Source of the DNA: the human T2T-CHM13v2.0 reference genome, Homo sapiens
Assembly (NCBI RefSeq): GCF_009914755.1
Contig: NC_060929.1
Strand: one strand, 5' to 3'
DNA length: 64,000 bases
In this document: piece after piece, positions 49,263 to 64,000 of the stretch
Numbering within the stretch: position 1 is the first letter of the stretch
How the letters are laid out: each line of letters opens with the position of its first letter
Notes under the pieces: model-generated
Databases searched by the model: none
Seen by the model: only the letters and a program-made list of their open reading frames with translations
What the model was told of the DNA's origin: nothing
Made by a program: the position numbers and the translations under genes

Positions 49263-51597
49263 CCCAAATTTTTAAATGGTCTCCTCCTCTGAAATACTCC
49301 TCTTTTCGCTAGCTCAATCCTCCCCACTATGAGCCCTATTAATGATTCACAGCATTGTTTTTAATCAGTTTCCTTTCTAGATCCACAAGGTGGAATTTAT
49401 TTAATTATTAACACACACTTATCAAAGGACTCCATGAGTGTCAGGTGATGCCCTGGCATCACAAAAATGCCAAGGAAGAAGTTATGAATTTGGAGGTGGG
49501 AGGGTCCTGCAACAGAAAGGGAGGTGGGGGAGGATATACAGAAAACAACTTTTCTCAACCTCTCAAGTTTTAGGAGAATAACTCTGATGCATAGAAATTA
49601 TTTATTCAATGAGTGAATATGATATCGCCAAGGATGATGGATTATTACAAATGTAATCAGCTCACATTCTTGTATGTCTGTAATCACATTTTCCCTTTAT
49701 GTCAATGAGCTGATTCCAGGGGCCAGCTTGCTGCCATTATGTTAATCCTCTAGGAGTATATGAATTGCATGCAGCACTTCAAAATGCTTTCCTAAGTTTT
49801 TATCTTGGTCACCCTTAACACCTTGGCTGAAAAGATGACGAGCATTTTTGCTTATTTTTAGTTTGTTTGTTTGTTTGTTCTCTTGCTCTATCCCAAAGCC
49901 AAGCCAGTTATTTTACTTTGCCCATTTTGCACTTTTCTTTCCAAAGAGAAGAGGGAAAAAAATAGAATATTGAGTTGTCAGCAAACAGTCTATCTTAAAT
50001 AATTGAATAACAAGCACTATTATCCCAGAATACCTCCAAAAGAGATGTGCAGCAGATAAGGAGGAAAGCAAAAAGCTCTGAATTTTATAGGGTAAACTGG
50101 ATGACAGTCTGAAACTACACATTCATGAAAATGTGCAAAACAATATATCTACATTCATGTTTTGCATATGTTTATTTAACACAGATGCCTGGTGTGAAAT
50201 AGATCATCATTTCTGAGATGGCTCAACCATCTGCATTAAACTAGTAGGCCTGAAGAATGCATGTGAGCATAGCCTGGATTTGTCTGTTTCCAAGCCCCCA
50301 TTCCAGAATTTAATCTTGTTCGTTATTTATGCAACAGAAATCTAAATCAACTTACAAAATGAAGGGAAAGAAACAACCTACCTTTGAGTCAATAGCTCTA
50401 ATTTAGGTGAGGATTTTGTTTACAGTGGGTTATTAAAATGCTTTGTGTGGCTCTATCTTAAGTAACTTTCTGCCACTTCTCCTGGGAAAGCACGCCAGTT
50501 TAAAGACTTGCCTATTAAAACCTTGCTGATATTCAGCCTAACTCAACAATTTCTCTTTTTCTTTAATTGCTCCTTCTCCCTCTTGAGCTCCTGTGAGATC
50601 CACAGAGCAAGCACCACTCCTGATTGCCCTGCTTGCTTTAAGTTTCCAGCTTTCAGTCTGTATATCTTCATTTGAAGAGTCGTCCAGTTGTCTCTTGAAA
50701 TAGACTACTTTCCTGTTTTCATGAGATGCCCTGAAACATATGATACCCTCTGGTCTAACCTCCTTAGAATCACAGGATGGCACAGCAGGAAAGCCCATAA
50801 AGACCTCCACAATTTCGCTTCTCTGTTTGTAAATACAACCCAGAGATATTAAATGACTTATCTTGCCATGCAAGTAGCTGGTGAGAGAAGAAGGGCCAGA
50901 GCTCAGACCTGGAATTGTAGGACAGAAACAAAAACTGCTCACAAGGTTCAGGGAAGTAATATAAATAAGTGAAGTGGTCCAGGTGTATGACGATAGCTAG
51001 AAAGTACCTGGAATGGAGGGAATGTGTGTGCTCATCTGGAGAGGCACGCTCTGCAATAAAAGGGTCAGCTGTTAGTCAAAATCACCATCGCCTACTACTC
51101 CGAGTCTTCAAGAAAAATCAGTATTTTGAATGTTTGGGTGAAACATCCTGGTTTTAAAAATATTTTCAACTTATTAAAATTATTGTAAAATTCTATGCAG
51201 AGATACCAAAACATGGCTGAATCTAGCCTGCAGGACAATCATTTATACTTAATACTAGAGAATCTCATAATATTTCTCCTAAAATTGCAAACTGACATTA
51301 AGAGCTGTAAGTGTCCTGAATAGTCACGGAATCCATCTACTACAGTTTATAAATGTTAGAAGCTAAAGAAAATGGGAAGTAAATGATAGCTTGAATTATT
51401 GGATCTTTCACACCCATGTTATGCCCTCATCGCAGTGAAGAAGATAGACTTCTTTTCCTCTTGAATTTAGGATTGATTTTGTAGTTTGCTTTTGCCAATT
51501 ACTGGGCAGACAGACACAACAGCAGGAATTGAAGGGAGCTTGCATGGTTGAGCTTGTTCTTTTGCATTCCTGCCTTTGGCTTTGGGTAGGATGCCTC

Positions 51598-52579
<982 letters not shown>

Positions 52580-53569
52580 CCTCTTAGGTAATGCTGGCCC
52601 AAGGAGGATAAGCACATATGAAGCAGACCTGGAATCAAGCTACAGCTTGGAGCCAAGTCCAGGTGAAGTCAACTGAGATCAGCCAAACCCCAGCCAACCT
52701 ACTTATGCAGATTCTTAAGCAAGAAATAAATGCATGCTGTTTCAATCCATTGAAAGTTTGTATTTCTTTGTTACACAGCAGCTACGTAATAGAGACTTTC
52801 TCAAGACTACACAGTAAGTAGACGGCGGAATCAGCATTAAAATTCAGGGCTCCAGACCGTGCCCCCTCGCCAAGCCCAGTGTATTTCCTACTCTATTTTT
52901 TTCTTAAGTCCTGGTGATCCTCAATCTGCCACTTTCCTTATTTTATACAGTTGGCCTATCTGTCACACTAAGCCAAGAAAATGGCCCTTCAATTCTTCTT
53001 TGCAAGACTTTCTCGCAAGAATGTTTTCAGTCTGTATATATACCTACCAGAACTTTGAACACAACTTTCATTTCCACAAAAAGAAATGAAAATAATCTAG
53101 CTTGATTCCCTGTCAGCCAATTAGGATTTGCACAACCATAATTTAAATTTACATAAAAATTAAACCAGTCTCTATGCAAGATAGAGTAGTTTAGAATTAC
53201 CACTAATTTAATTGAGGTTGCTTAAATGTCTTGTAATCGGTATGATTGTTGCCAATTGCCTGCATCTTCAGCAAGGTAATCAGAACCTGTTCAGCAAATT
53301 TCTATCTCCAAATCAATTAAACCGTAAAACAAATTCCTTTTCTTTTAAGAAAGTTCTATGTCTTGGATTTTATTTTATTTACAATTAAGGCTTTATTGCA
53401 TTCTAATGTACTTGTCCAGGAAAAAAACTCAAATAGTTTATTTTTTTTTCTTTAACTTTGTTTTCACTTTGCCCAGTAATAAATTTCATAAAAGGCCTTC
53501 CCTCTTTCAGGCTACTGAGGATAATAACAGTACCAACTTCTTAGGGTCATGATGAGGTGTTAGTTTTTA

Positions 53570-53603
53570 CACATACACTTGCACACACACACACACACAC
53601 ACA
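53570..53603. repeat. (CA)n microsatellite
   Basis: cacacacacacacacacacaca run. Confidence 0.9.
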
Positions 53604-53621
53604 AACAGACTATACACGTAA

Positions 53622-53953
<332 letters not shown>

Positions 53954-54324
53954 ATTCATACACTTAAAATGGTGCCAAGGCACACACAGTCACAGCTCGC
54001 TGTTAGCAACTTTTCTTATTGTTCATATAGTACGCTATTAAGCTTACTACTCTGCTATAGATACTCTTGAAAGTAATCTGTTTATAATTAATATGAGCTT
54101 GGGTACTTGGCAGGGGAATAGCTTTCTACTGTCAACCACTACCCTACCCTCAAAACCACATAAATTTTCAGAAATTCTCTGACTGTGATCCTAAGTGACA
54201 TTGTTGGCCTACTAATGATGTCACCTACTTATCTGGGGTGATTAAAGTGACAAAAAAAGGACCAGGAGTTAAGAATTAAAACAAAAACAACAACAAAACT
54301 TCTGTGTGAGAGAGCTTCATACTG

Positions 54325-54640
54325 GCCAGTATGATGCTCCTCAATCTTTAACGTGCATACAAGTTCCCTGATGACTTTGCAGAAGCACAGATTCCAGTCT
54401 GAATGGAGTCAGAGCTCGGCATTTCTAACAAGCTCCCAAGGATATAGATGCTGCTGCTCCACAGACCACACTCTTAATAGCCTAGACTGAAGGCAATAGT
54501 TTTCAAACTTTAACGTACATAAAAATCACGAGTGGCACTTGTTAGATGCAAATTTCTTGGCCTCTCCCTCAGGGATTTTGACACAGTAGACCCAGGAATT
54601 TGCATGTCTAACAAGTTCGCATTTAGAGACCCAGTCTCTA
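54325..54640. mobile_element. Two adjacent MER5-type hAT-Charlie MITEs
   Basis: 'catttctaacaagctccca..gatgctgctgctccacagaccacact'; 'tagttttcaaactttaacgtacataaaaatcac..tttgcatgtctaacaag'. Confidence 0.75.
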
Positions 54641-55325
54641 GGCCTTGATTCTGTGAAAGGGCAGATGCTTATAGTATTGCCTTTTAAAGTTAATGTCCCA
54701 ACCTCGCTGTTCAGGGGAGCACTGCTTTACAGGTGCCTAATGCAGTGTACTAAATAAAAAAGCCAGGGGCGTGTGGTTCCACGTGTAGGTAAAATTTTGG
54801 AACACTAAATTAAACAGTGTGAAAATGTTCCTTTACTACATGGCCTTTCAGAGCTTGCGTATGGTAATGTGTGTGATGATATTCCCCCACATATTCAGGA
54901 ACAGAACTTGCTATTTCTGAAATGCCAAGCATCTCCCAGAAGAGTGTTTTCAGGATAAGGACTTGGGAAGTTCTGCCCTCAGGTAGTTTGGCTCTGCTGC
55001 TCCCAAGGAGAGAATGAGGCCAGCCGTGAATGTTATAATGTTGGACTCTGAATCCACTGAAGGTTCCTGATAAGTTTCAGGGTAGAGCGCTCTCTGTCAT
55101 GAAAAGTGTTCTAGTTAACACTCTAAACTTTCTCAAGGATGTTGTAGACAGCACTCCAGTTCAACACGAATGTTTAAATTAATCATCTATACGTTATTTT
55201 CTAATGTTCTAACTCAGTGTTTTCATCTTAGTGTAAATAGGCCTACAGAATCAGATTATTTCAAAAGGTGAAAGAGGCAGTAAATATAACTGAGCTCCTC
55301 CTGAATAAGCAACCTTTAAATAATG

Positions 55326-55905
55326 ATTTTTTTAAAAAAATCCAGCTTTAATAAGGTATAATTGACAAATAAAAATTGTATATGTTTGAGGTGCAAAACA
55401 TGATGATTTGACACATATACACATCCTAAAATGATTACCACAATCAAGCTAAATAAAACACCCATCACCTCACATACCTCACCTCATGTGTGTGTATGTA
55501 AGTGAGAACAATTTAGATCCACTCTTAGCCACTTTCAAGAAAAAAATACAGTATTATTAACTACAGTCAGCATGCTGTTAGATTTCTATATCATATTCAT
55601 CTTACAACTTTAAAAGTTTATACCCTTTGACTAACATCTCCCCATCCACCTGACCCCAGCCCCTGGAAACCACCTTTCTACTCTCTGCTCCTGTGAGATC
55701 CACTTTTTAGACTCCACGTGTGAGACCACACAGTATTTGTCTTTGTCTGGCTGATTTCACTTAGCATAAGGTCCTCCAGATTCATTGATGTTGTTGTAAA
55801 TGGCAGGATCTCCTTCTTTCTTATGGCTAAATAATATTCCATTATATATACACATTATGCATACATATATAACATGAGTGTGTATTATATATTTAAAAAT
55901 ATATA
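55326..55905 (-). mobile_element. L1MA 3' end
   Basis: 'aaggtataattgacaaataaaaattgtatat', 'tggcaggatctccttctttcttatggcta'. Confidence 0.85.
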
Positions 55906-55908
55906 ATT

Positions 55909-56175
55909 GGGAGGCTGAGGCGGGCAGATCACTTGAGGTCAGGGGTTCGAGACTAGCCTGGCTGACATGGTGAAATACTGTCTCTACCAAAAATATAAAA
56001 AATTAGCCTGGCATAGTGGCATGTGCCTGTAATCCTAGCTACTCAGGAGGCTGAGGCAGGAGAATCGCTTTTGAACCCGGGAGGCGGAGTTTGCAGTGAG
56101 CCGAGATCGTGCCACTGCACTCCAGACTAGGTGACAGAGCAAGACTCCGTCTGAAAAAAAAAAAAAAAAAAAAAA
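55909..56175 (+). mobile_element. Alu (AluSx-like), 5'-truncated
   Basis: Starts at 'gggaggctgaggcgggcagatcac'; A22 tail. Confidence 0.95.
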
Positions 56176-56565
56176 TTCTACAACTCATAAATGAATTCAG
56201 TAAAGTTGCAGGATACAAAATCAACATAAAATATCAATTGCATTTCTATACATTAACAATAAACTATCCAAAAAAGAAATTAGGAAAACACTCCCATTTA
56301 TCATAGCATCAAAAATAATAAAATACTTAAGAATAAATTTAACCAAATATTGATAAAAGAAATTGGCAAAAAAAAAAAACAAACAAATGGAAAAATATTC
56401 CATGTCCATGGATTAGAAGAATTAATATTGTTAGAATGTTCATATTATCCAAAGCAACTTGAAGATTTAATGCAATCTCTATCAAAATTCCAATGACATT
56501 TTTTTCACAGAAATAGATTTAAAAAATAATTGGAACTGCAAAAGATTCCAAAAAGTTAAATAATT
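56176..56565 (+). mobile_element. L1M ORF2 fragment
   Basis: [15 protein letters not shown] peptide in ORF 56109..56306. Confidence 0.85.
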
Positions 56566-56666
56566 TCTAAGCCTTGACATTAATGTAAGGATTTGGTGAA
56601 ACAATTTATCTTCCTAGTATTGCCCACACTCCCACATGCTACCTTCTCACCTGTTAATACAAGTGA

Positions 56667-56989
<323 letters not shown>

Positions 56990-57005
56990 CTCCATGTTAC
57001 TTTTT

Positions 57006-58875
57006 AGAGCCAATCCCTCCACTGTGTCCTAGATTCTAGCTCCTCTAACTACTAAAGGACAGGGCTCTAGAAATTCTCCCCTCTTTCTCCTATATATTTT
57101 TTTTCCATTAGCATGTGAACATGTTATCATCTTGAAAAACAAAAACAATTTCTTATATTTGCTCGTTATTGCTTCAAAGCATTTCTAAGGAGTCATCTAA
57201 GCTAACTCCACCTCTGACTTCTCTCTTTAAGTTTTTCCTTGAACTCACTCTGATAGTGCTTTTATCCCCACCATTCATCTGAAACTGCTCTTGTCAAAGT
57301 TAATAATGATCTATGGCTTGTTCACTACAATGGGCAATCATATTCTCATCTTATTTATTAGAAGTGTTTGATATATTTGATAATTCCCACCTTTTTGATA
57401 TACTTTTTTCTTTTGATGTTGATAACACCACACTCTCTTGATTTACATCCTATTCCATTGGTCACTTTTTCAGTTCCTTGTGGAAATTCTTCTTCTTTTC
57501 TTAATTGTTTTAATGTTGACAATCCAGGATCAGTCTTCCTCTTTTTTTCTTCTCTCTTTTTCTTGCTCTTTTCTCCCTTTTTTTAAAAAATTTATTCCCT
57601 TACCTTCTCTTTTATATACACTCTCTCACTTAATGATTCTTATCATGTGGCTTTAAATTCTGACTTCCAAAATTATACTTCTGGCTCAGAACTCTTCTCT
57701 AAACTGCTCACTCACTGTATACAATTACTCAACACCTACACGTGGCTGTGTAATTAGACATAGCAAACTAAATGCATCCTAAAGTGAACTCCTGACCATC
57801 CCCTTCATAGCCTTCCACAACTCACTGGACTACAATTGCTCCAACCCAAATGATCGCCGAATCTTGACTTTTTTTTTCCTCTCATACTCAAATTTTAATC
57901 CAACAGAACATCCCATTGGCTCTACCTTCAAAATATACTCAGAAAATGGCTACTTCTCCACATTGCCATTGCTACCACACTAATAAACAAACTAATAGAC
58001 AAAAAACAGCTATCAGCTCTTACCCAAATTATTTCAGTAGCCTCCTAATTTGTCATCTTGCTTCTATGCTTGTCTGTCTCTCATAGTCTATTTCCAACAC
58101 AGCAGACAGAATTATACCACAAATTTATGTCAATTCCTCTGCTTAAAACCTTCTATTGGCTTCCTGTTCTACAAAGAATAAAATGAAATGGTCTAAAAAT
58201 CTTGATGATGGCCTAAAAAGTCCTATATGATTTGATTTCCATATCACTCTTTTTATTTTTTAATTTTTTTTCCGGGGGATGGAGGGGTGGTGGGGACAGA
58301 GTCTTTCTGTGTCGCCCAGGCTGGAGTGCAATGGCACAATCTCAGCTCTCTGCAGTCTCCACCTCCTGGCTTCAAGCAATTGTCCTGCCTCAGCCTCCTG
58401 AGTAGCAGGGATTACAAGCATGCACAACCATGCCTGGCTAATTTTTTGTAATTTTAGTACAGACGAGGTTTCACCATGTTGGCCAGGCTGGTCTCAAACT
58501 CCTGACCTCGTGATCCACCCACTTCACACTCTTTCTAACCTGACTTCATATTACTATCACTTTGGATTCTTTGCTGTCCTTCAAATATGCTGGGTATTTT
58601 TCTGCCTTAAAGCTGTTGCATTAGCTGTTTTTTTTTTTTTCTGTATGTAACATCCTTTCCTTAAATATCTAGGGAGATAACTTGCTTAGGTATTTATTTT
58701 GTGCCTTTATTCACAGGTTGCTTTGTAATTGAAGACAACCTTATCTAACGTACTTATTGTTACAAACTGTCAACCATCCTCAGGACTCCTGATCACCTTC
58801 AATGTGTTATATTTTTGCTTTTTTCTATTCTATTCATTGCCTTATGCCACAATATCTAATTTACTTATTCATTGT
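57006..58875 (+). mobile_element. L2 fragment (long), interrupted by an Alu
   Basis: 'tgaaactgctcttgtcaaagt', 'tgacttccaaaattatac', 'ttggctctaccttcaaaatatactcag', 'attcctctgcttaaaacc'. Confidence 0.75.
58250..58520 (-). mobile_element. Alu (AluS-like), 5'-truncated
   Basis: 'gtcgcccaggctggagtgcaatggc' ... 'ctcctgacctcgtgatccaccc'. Confidence 0.92.
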
Positions 58876-58879
58876 TTTT

Positions 58880-59830
58880 AATCCTCTTTAAGAGGATTGA
58901 AAGTTATAATTTATAGGCAATTTAGTGCATACATTGCATATAATTTATATGCAATGTTAACATAATTTATATGCAATAAATGCAACAATTTTATTGATAT
59001 AGTGATATAGAACACTCCTCTGTTTTCTTCTAAAGGTTCCCTGTGTCCATTCCCAAACAGTGTACCACTCATCTCCCATCAAAGTCAATGTGTGATTTGC
59101 TTTCTATCACTACAGAGTTGGTTTTGTTTTTCCTAGAGTTTAATATAAATGAAAGAATACAGTATGTGGTCTTTTGTGTCTTTTTAAAATTTGACATGTT
59201 GATGAGAAATATTCCTGTTGTTTTGTGTATCAGTAGTTTATTCCTTTATGTTACTGAGTAATATTCCATTGTGTGACTATATAATAATTTGTTTTCACAA
59301 TCATTTTTTGTTCAACATTACAGTTTTTGGTTATTAATAATAAAACTGCTGTGACCATGTCTTCATGTAGAGATATGTTTGCATTTGTCTTGTGTAAGTG
59401 CTAAGTATTATGAATAGAATTGCTGGTCATATGATAAGTACCTATCTACACTTATAAGAGACTGTCAAATTGTTTTGCAAAATGGTTGTATCATTTTATG
59501 TTTCTACAAGCAGGAGATGAAAGTTCCAGTTGCTCCATATCTTTACTTTTACTTGACATTATCATTTATTATCTATTATTTAGCTACTGTAATTGTGTGT
59601 AATGGTATCTCATGTGGTTTTAGTTTTCATTCCTCTGATAAATAATGATGTTGAGCATTTTTTTCATGTGCTTAGTTGGCCATTCATATATCTTCTATTG
59701 TGAAGTATCTGTTGAAATCCTTTATCCATTTTTTAAACTGGGTTGTTTGTCATATTATTGAATTATAAGAGCTATTTATAAATTCTAAATGCAAGTCTTC
59801 TGTCAGATATATGTATTGTCAGTATCTTCT
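58880..59830 (-). mobile_element. L1MC/ME 3' end
   Basis: 'gagtaatattccattgtgtg', 'ttccagttgctccatatc', 'aatgatgttgagcattttttcatgtg'. Confidence 0.8.
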
Positions 59831-60629
59831 AGGGAGGAGGTAGAATAGAATAACGCAGGCCAGAACAGAATTAAGGGAGCATAAGCTAATTGTCATAAAC
59901 TAAAGATATATGATCTTGAAGCCCTTCACTGAGTATTGAGTTTTAAAATCCAATATTTTATTTCTTTGTCAAAAAGCACTGTTTGTGTGTTCAGCCACTT
60001 TGATTCCTCTACAGTAATCCAGTTAATAACTGCATGAGTGCAAGCCTGGCAGAGCTTCTAAGGAAGAGCAGAGCTCCATATCCTTCAAGTCAGTCCACCC
60101 CAATACCCTGTCCTACAAGGCTCTTCTTTACAGAATGTGTTGGCTCACAGATAAACAACATGTCTCCTCAGGGGCTGGAATATTGTTCTCCTTTTACTTT
60201 CACAAGATTGAAAAATGTGAGAGACTACTTTAAGGAATTCAAACCATTATACACAAATGGCTCCCATGTTTCCTTCCTTTCAGAGGCTCCGTCAATATCA
60301 GCACCATACGAAGGCCCCAAGTCACTGACAGTGCCCCACTATGACATCGTTCTAAGCTAACTGAATGTGAATATAGACAGCACTCAAGCCATACTGAGTT
60401 TATTTCCATACCAGAGTAGCACAGCATATTTGTGAAGTTGAATTTCTTTAGTTGGATCAAGTTGCCAAAGTGGGAAAGAAAGGAAAAGATACACCTGAAA
60501 GGTTAATACGTGATAATTATGACAATGATAACAACAATAAATGCAGGGAACATGCAAGCTCTTTACCACTTTAGTGTTGTCTTTCAAAACTAAAGACAGT
60601 GCCAAATATTTAGGTATATATGTGATATT

Positions 60630-60880
60630 TGTGGAATGTCATTATACTGAATCTTCACTAGGCACTAGGCACTGTAAGGGCTTTACAGATATTATCTCAC
60701 TTTGTTCTTACCATTCACTCCCCCCACTGAAAAGAAAAAAAAAAACCGTGCAGTTAGCAATATTATAATTTCAGCTTGACAATAAGGATGCTGAAGCTCA
60801 GAAAGAGGATGTTACCTACCCCAGTTCATACAGCTGCAGAGCTACAATTCAAACCTAGTCTTTCTAATGCTTAAGCATAA
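60630..60880 (-). mobile_element. MIR
   Basis: 'aggcactgtaagggctttacagatattatctca', 'ctgaagctcagaaag..ccagttcatacagct'. Confidence 0.7.
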
Positions 60881-61379
60881 TTGTAAAAACTACTCAAAAA
60901 GTGAAACAGTGAAATTAAAGCTGCTTGTTAAAAACTTCACCTAGTGTACAAATTCTGCACACTTAACATTTATACAGACAGACATGCATAGACACACAAC
61001 ATGTCCTTACCCCCTTAAATTCTTAAAACTTACAAAATGTCTTACTTTGTAAATTTTCTTGTATATAGTACAATTCAAAAAAAGTAAAAGCATATTTTGG
61101 GTCATGATTCAGTAAAATAATATTTATTAGGCACCTATTTTACTATTTGCTGTTGGAGGGAACATATACTTATATGCACAGACCAAAGTCTATTACAACC
61201 ATGATGATGACTTACTCATCCTTACAGCCTTAGGATCCAGCTTCTTTCTTGGTACATTTTAGCCCTTGATAATTTATTCATATTTTATTTTTTTGTTATT
61301 CATTTTGTTATATACTATTAATAAATAATGGCAACTCAACATCATTATATATGTATGTTTGTATGTGTATGGTGTGTGT

Positions 61380-62510
61380 TACACTTCTAGCCACTGTACC
61401 ACATAAATACATAAAATAGTTAGCAATTCCTAACCTCCAGGAGCTTATATTGTACTTGAGGGAGGAAAACAATAAACAAACTAAATAAGTAGCTCATATA
61501 GAATGTTAGAAAGTCATAAATAGTATGGATAAAAATGAAAGCCGTGAAAACATATAAGGAGTAGTAAAGGAGAGGGTTCCGTTTTGAACAAAGAGGTCAG
61601 AGAAGGCCTCACTGAGAAGGTGACATTTAAACAGAGATTCAAAAGAGATGAGAAAATAAATTCTGTACATTTATTGGAAAAGAATATTCCAAACAGAAGA
61701 ACAGCTAATGAGAAATCCTTAAGTTGAATCTTGAGTTCAAAGAAGAGATCCCTTTGGTGATAAATATTTGGAATTGTCACCATACAAATGGTATTGAAAA
61801 CTAGGGGATGGAACAAGATCTACCAAATAAGAAGAAGCGAGATGGAGAAGACAAGTTCAAGGACAGCAGGAGGGGTTTTCCAGTATTAAGACAGTGAGAG
61901 GAGAGACCAACGGGTGTGGCAACTGAGGCAGAGAGAAAACCAGATGAGTATGGTGGCCTGGAATCTAAAAAACAAAGCATTTTATCTCCAGTCTTGCCTA
62001 TACCAACCCATTTTCCACAACGTAGCAGAAAGAACTTTCTAAGCAAATATCTGATCATATTATGTTTCTCCTTAAAATATTTTATGGCTCTGCATTGCCT
62101 ACAAAATAAAGCTTGGTCTCCCTAACATGTCTCACAAGGAGCTCTATGAGCTGAATTCCAGTCACTTTTCCAATGTCATCTCTCTCACCAAATCCCTCTT
62201 TCGGTCTTTCATTCATTTATTCAACAAATATTAAACACCTCTTACCTGCTAAGCACTGCCCTAGACACTGAAGAGAAAATAATGTAGAAAATCCACAAGG
62301 TCTCTGCTGTCACAGAACTGACATTTTGTTGAGTGTGGGGGAAATATGCGTAAGTGGATAAATGAGTAAATGAAGTGGATGCCAAGCCCCATGAGAGCAG
62401 GAACATAATCTATTTTATTTACTGCTCTATCCCCAACAGCAAGCATAGAACCTTAAACATAGTAGGTGTTGAATGGCTGACTGACTGTTTGTTGAACAAC
62501 TAACTGAATA
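61380..62510. mobile_element. Patchwork of L2 fragments in both orientations
   Basis: 'ggtcagagaaggcctcactgagaaggtgacattt', 'attcatttattcaacaaatatt', 'gtaggtgttgaatg'. Confidence 0.7.
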
Positions 62511-62572
62511 AGCGTAATTTAAGATGACCATATGTACTATAAAGGATTTCAGGAATTCAATGTGGACCTTCA

Positions 62573-64000
<1,428 letters not shown>

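Noticed and set aside
48838-49275. 145-aa ORF and similar ORFs at 12517, 35927, 36018 and 56636
   Set aside because: Typical antisense-Alu translation products
58273-58296. G-rich stretch in an Alu tail as a possible G-quadruplex
   Set aside because: Only three runs of three or more G; most simply a mutated Alu tail
60034-60360. 108-aa ATG-initiated ORF in unique sequence, downstream of a possible acceptor (ttcctctacag)
   Set aside because: No recognisable domain, promoter or coding bias; one ORF of this size is unremarkable in 64 kb

Overview
AT-rich, repeat-dense primate DNA, probably hominid (AluJ/AluS, an L1PA2-like insertion, MER4/MER31/MaLR LTRs, MIR/L2/L3). It looks intergenic or deep-intronic. 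I find no intact protein-coding gene, CpG island, rRNA or full tRNA, and almost all long ORFs in the track are LINE-1 ORF2 fragments or Alu/antisense noise. The non-trivial content is: (1) an ancient, 5'-truncated processed NAMPT pseudogene on the minus strand (~21.6-26.36 kb), split by a full MaLR provirus that itself carries an MLT2 LTR; (2) a 171-bp tract that is 100% identical, private mutations included, between two different-aged, oppositely oriented L1PA elements ~47.7 kb apart, consistent with ectopic gene conversion between inverted repeats; (3) a tiny TSD-flanked 'tailless' tRNA-Leu 5'-fragment retrocopy at ~28.06-28.10 kb; (4) at least five 5'-inverted (twin-primed) L1 insertions; (5) several hairpin and motif clusters in unique sequence. 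Repeat subfamily calls come from remembered consensus motifs and boundaries of old repeats are approximate. I cannot support a wholly new biological system here.
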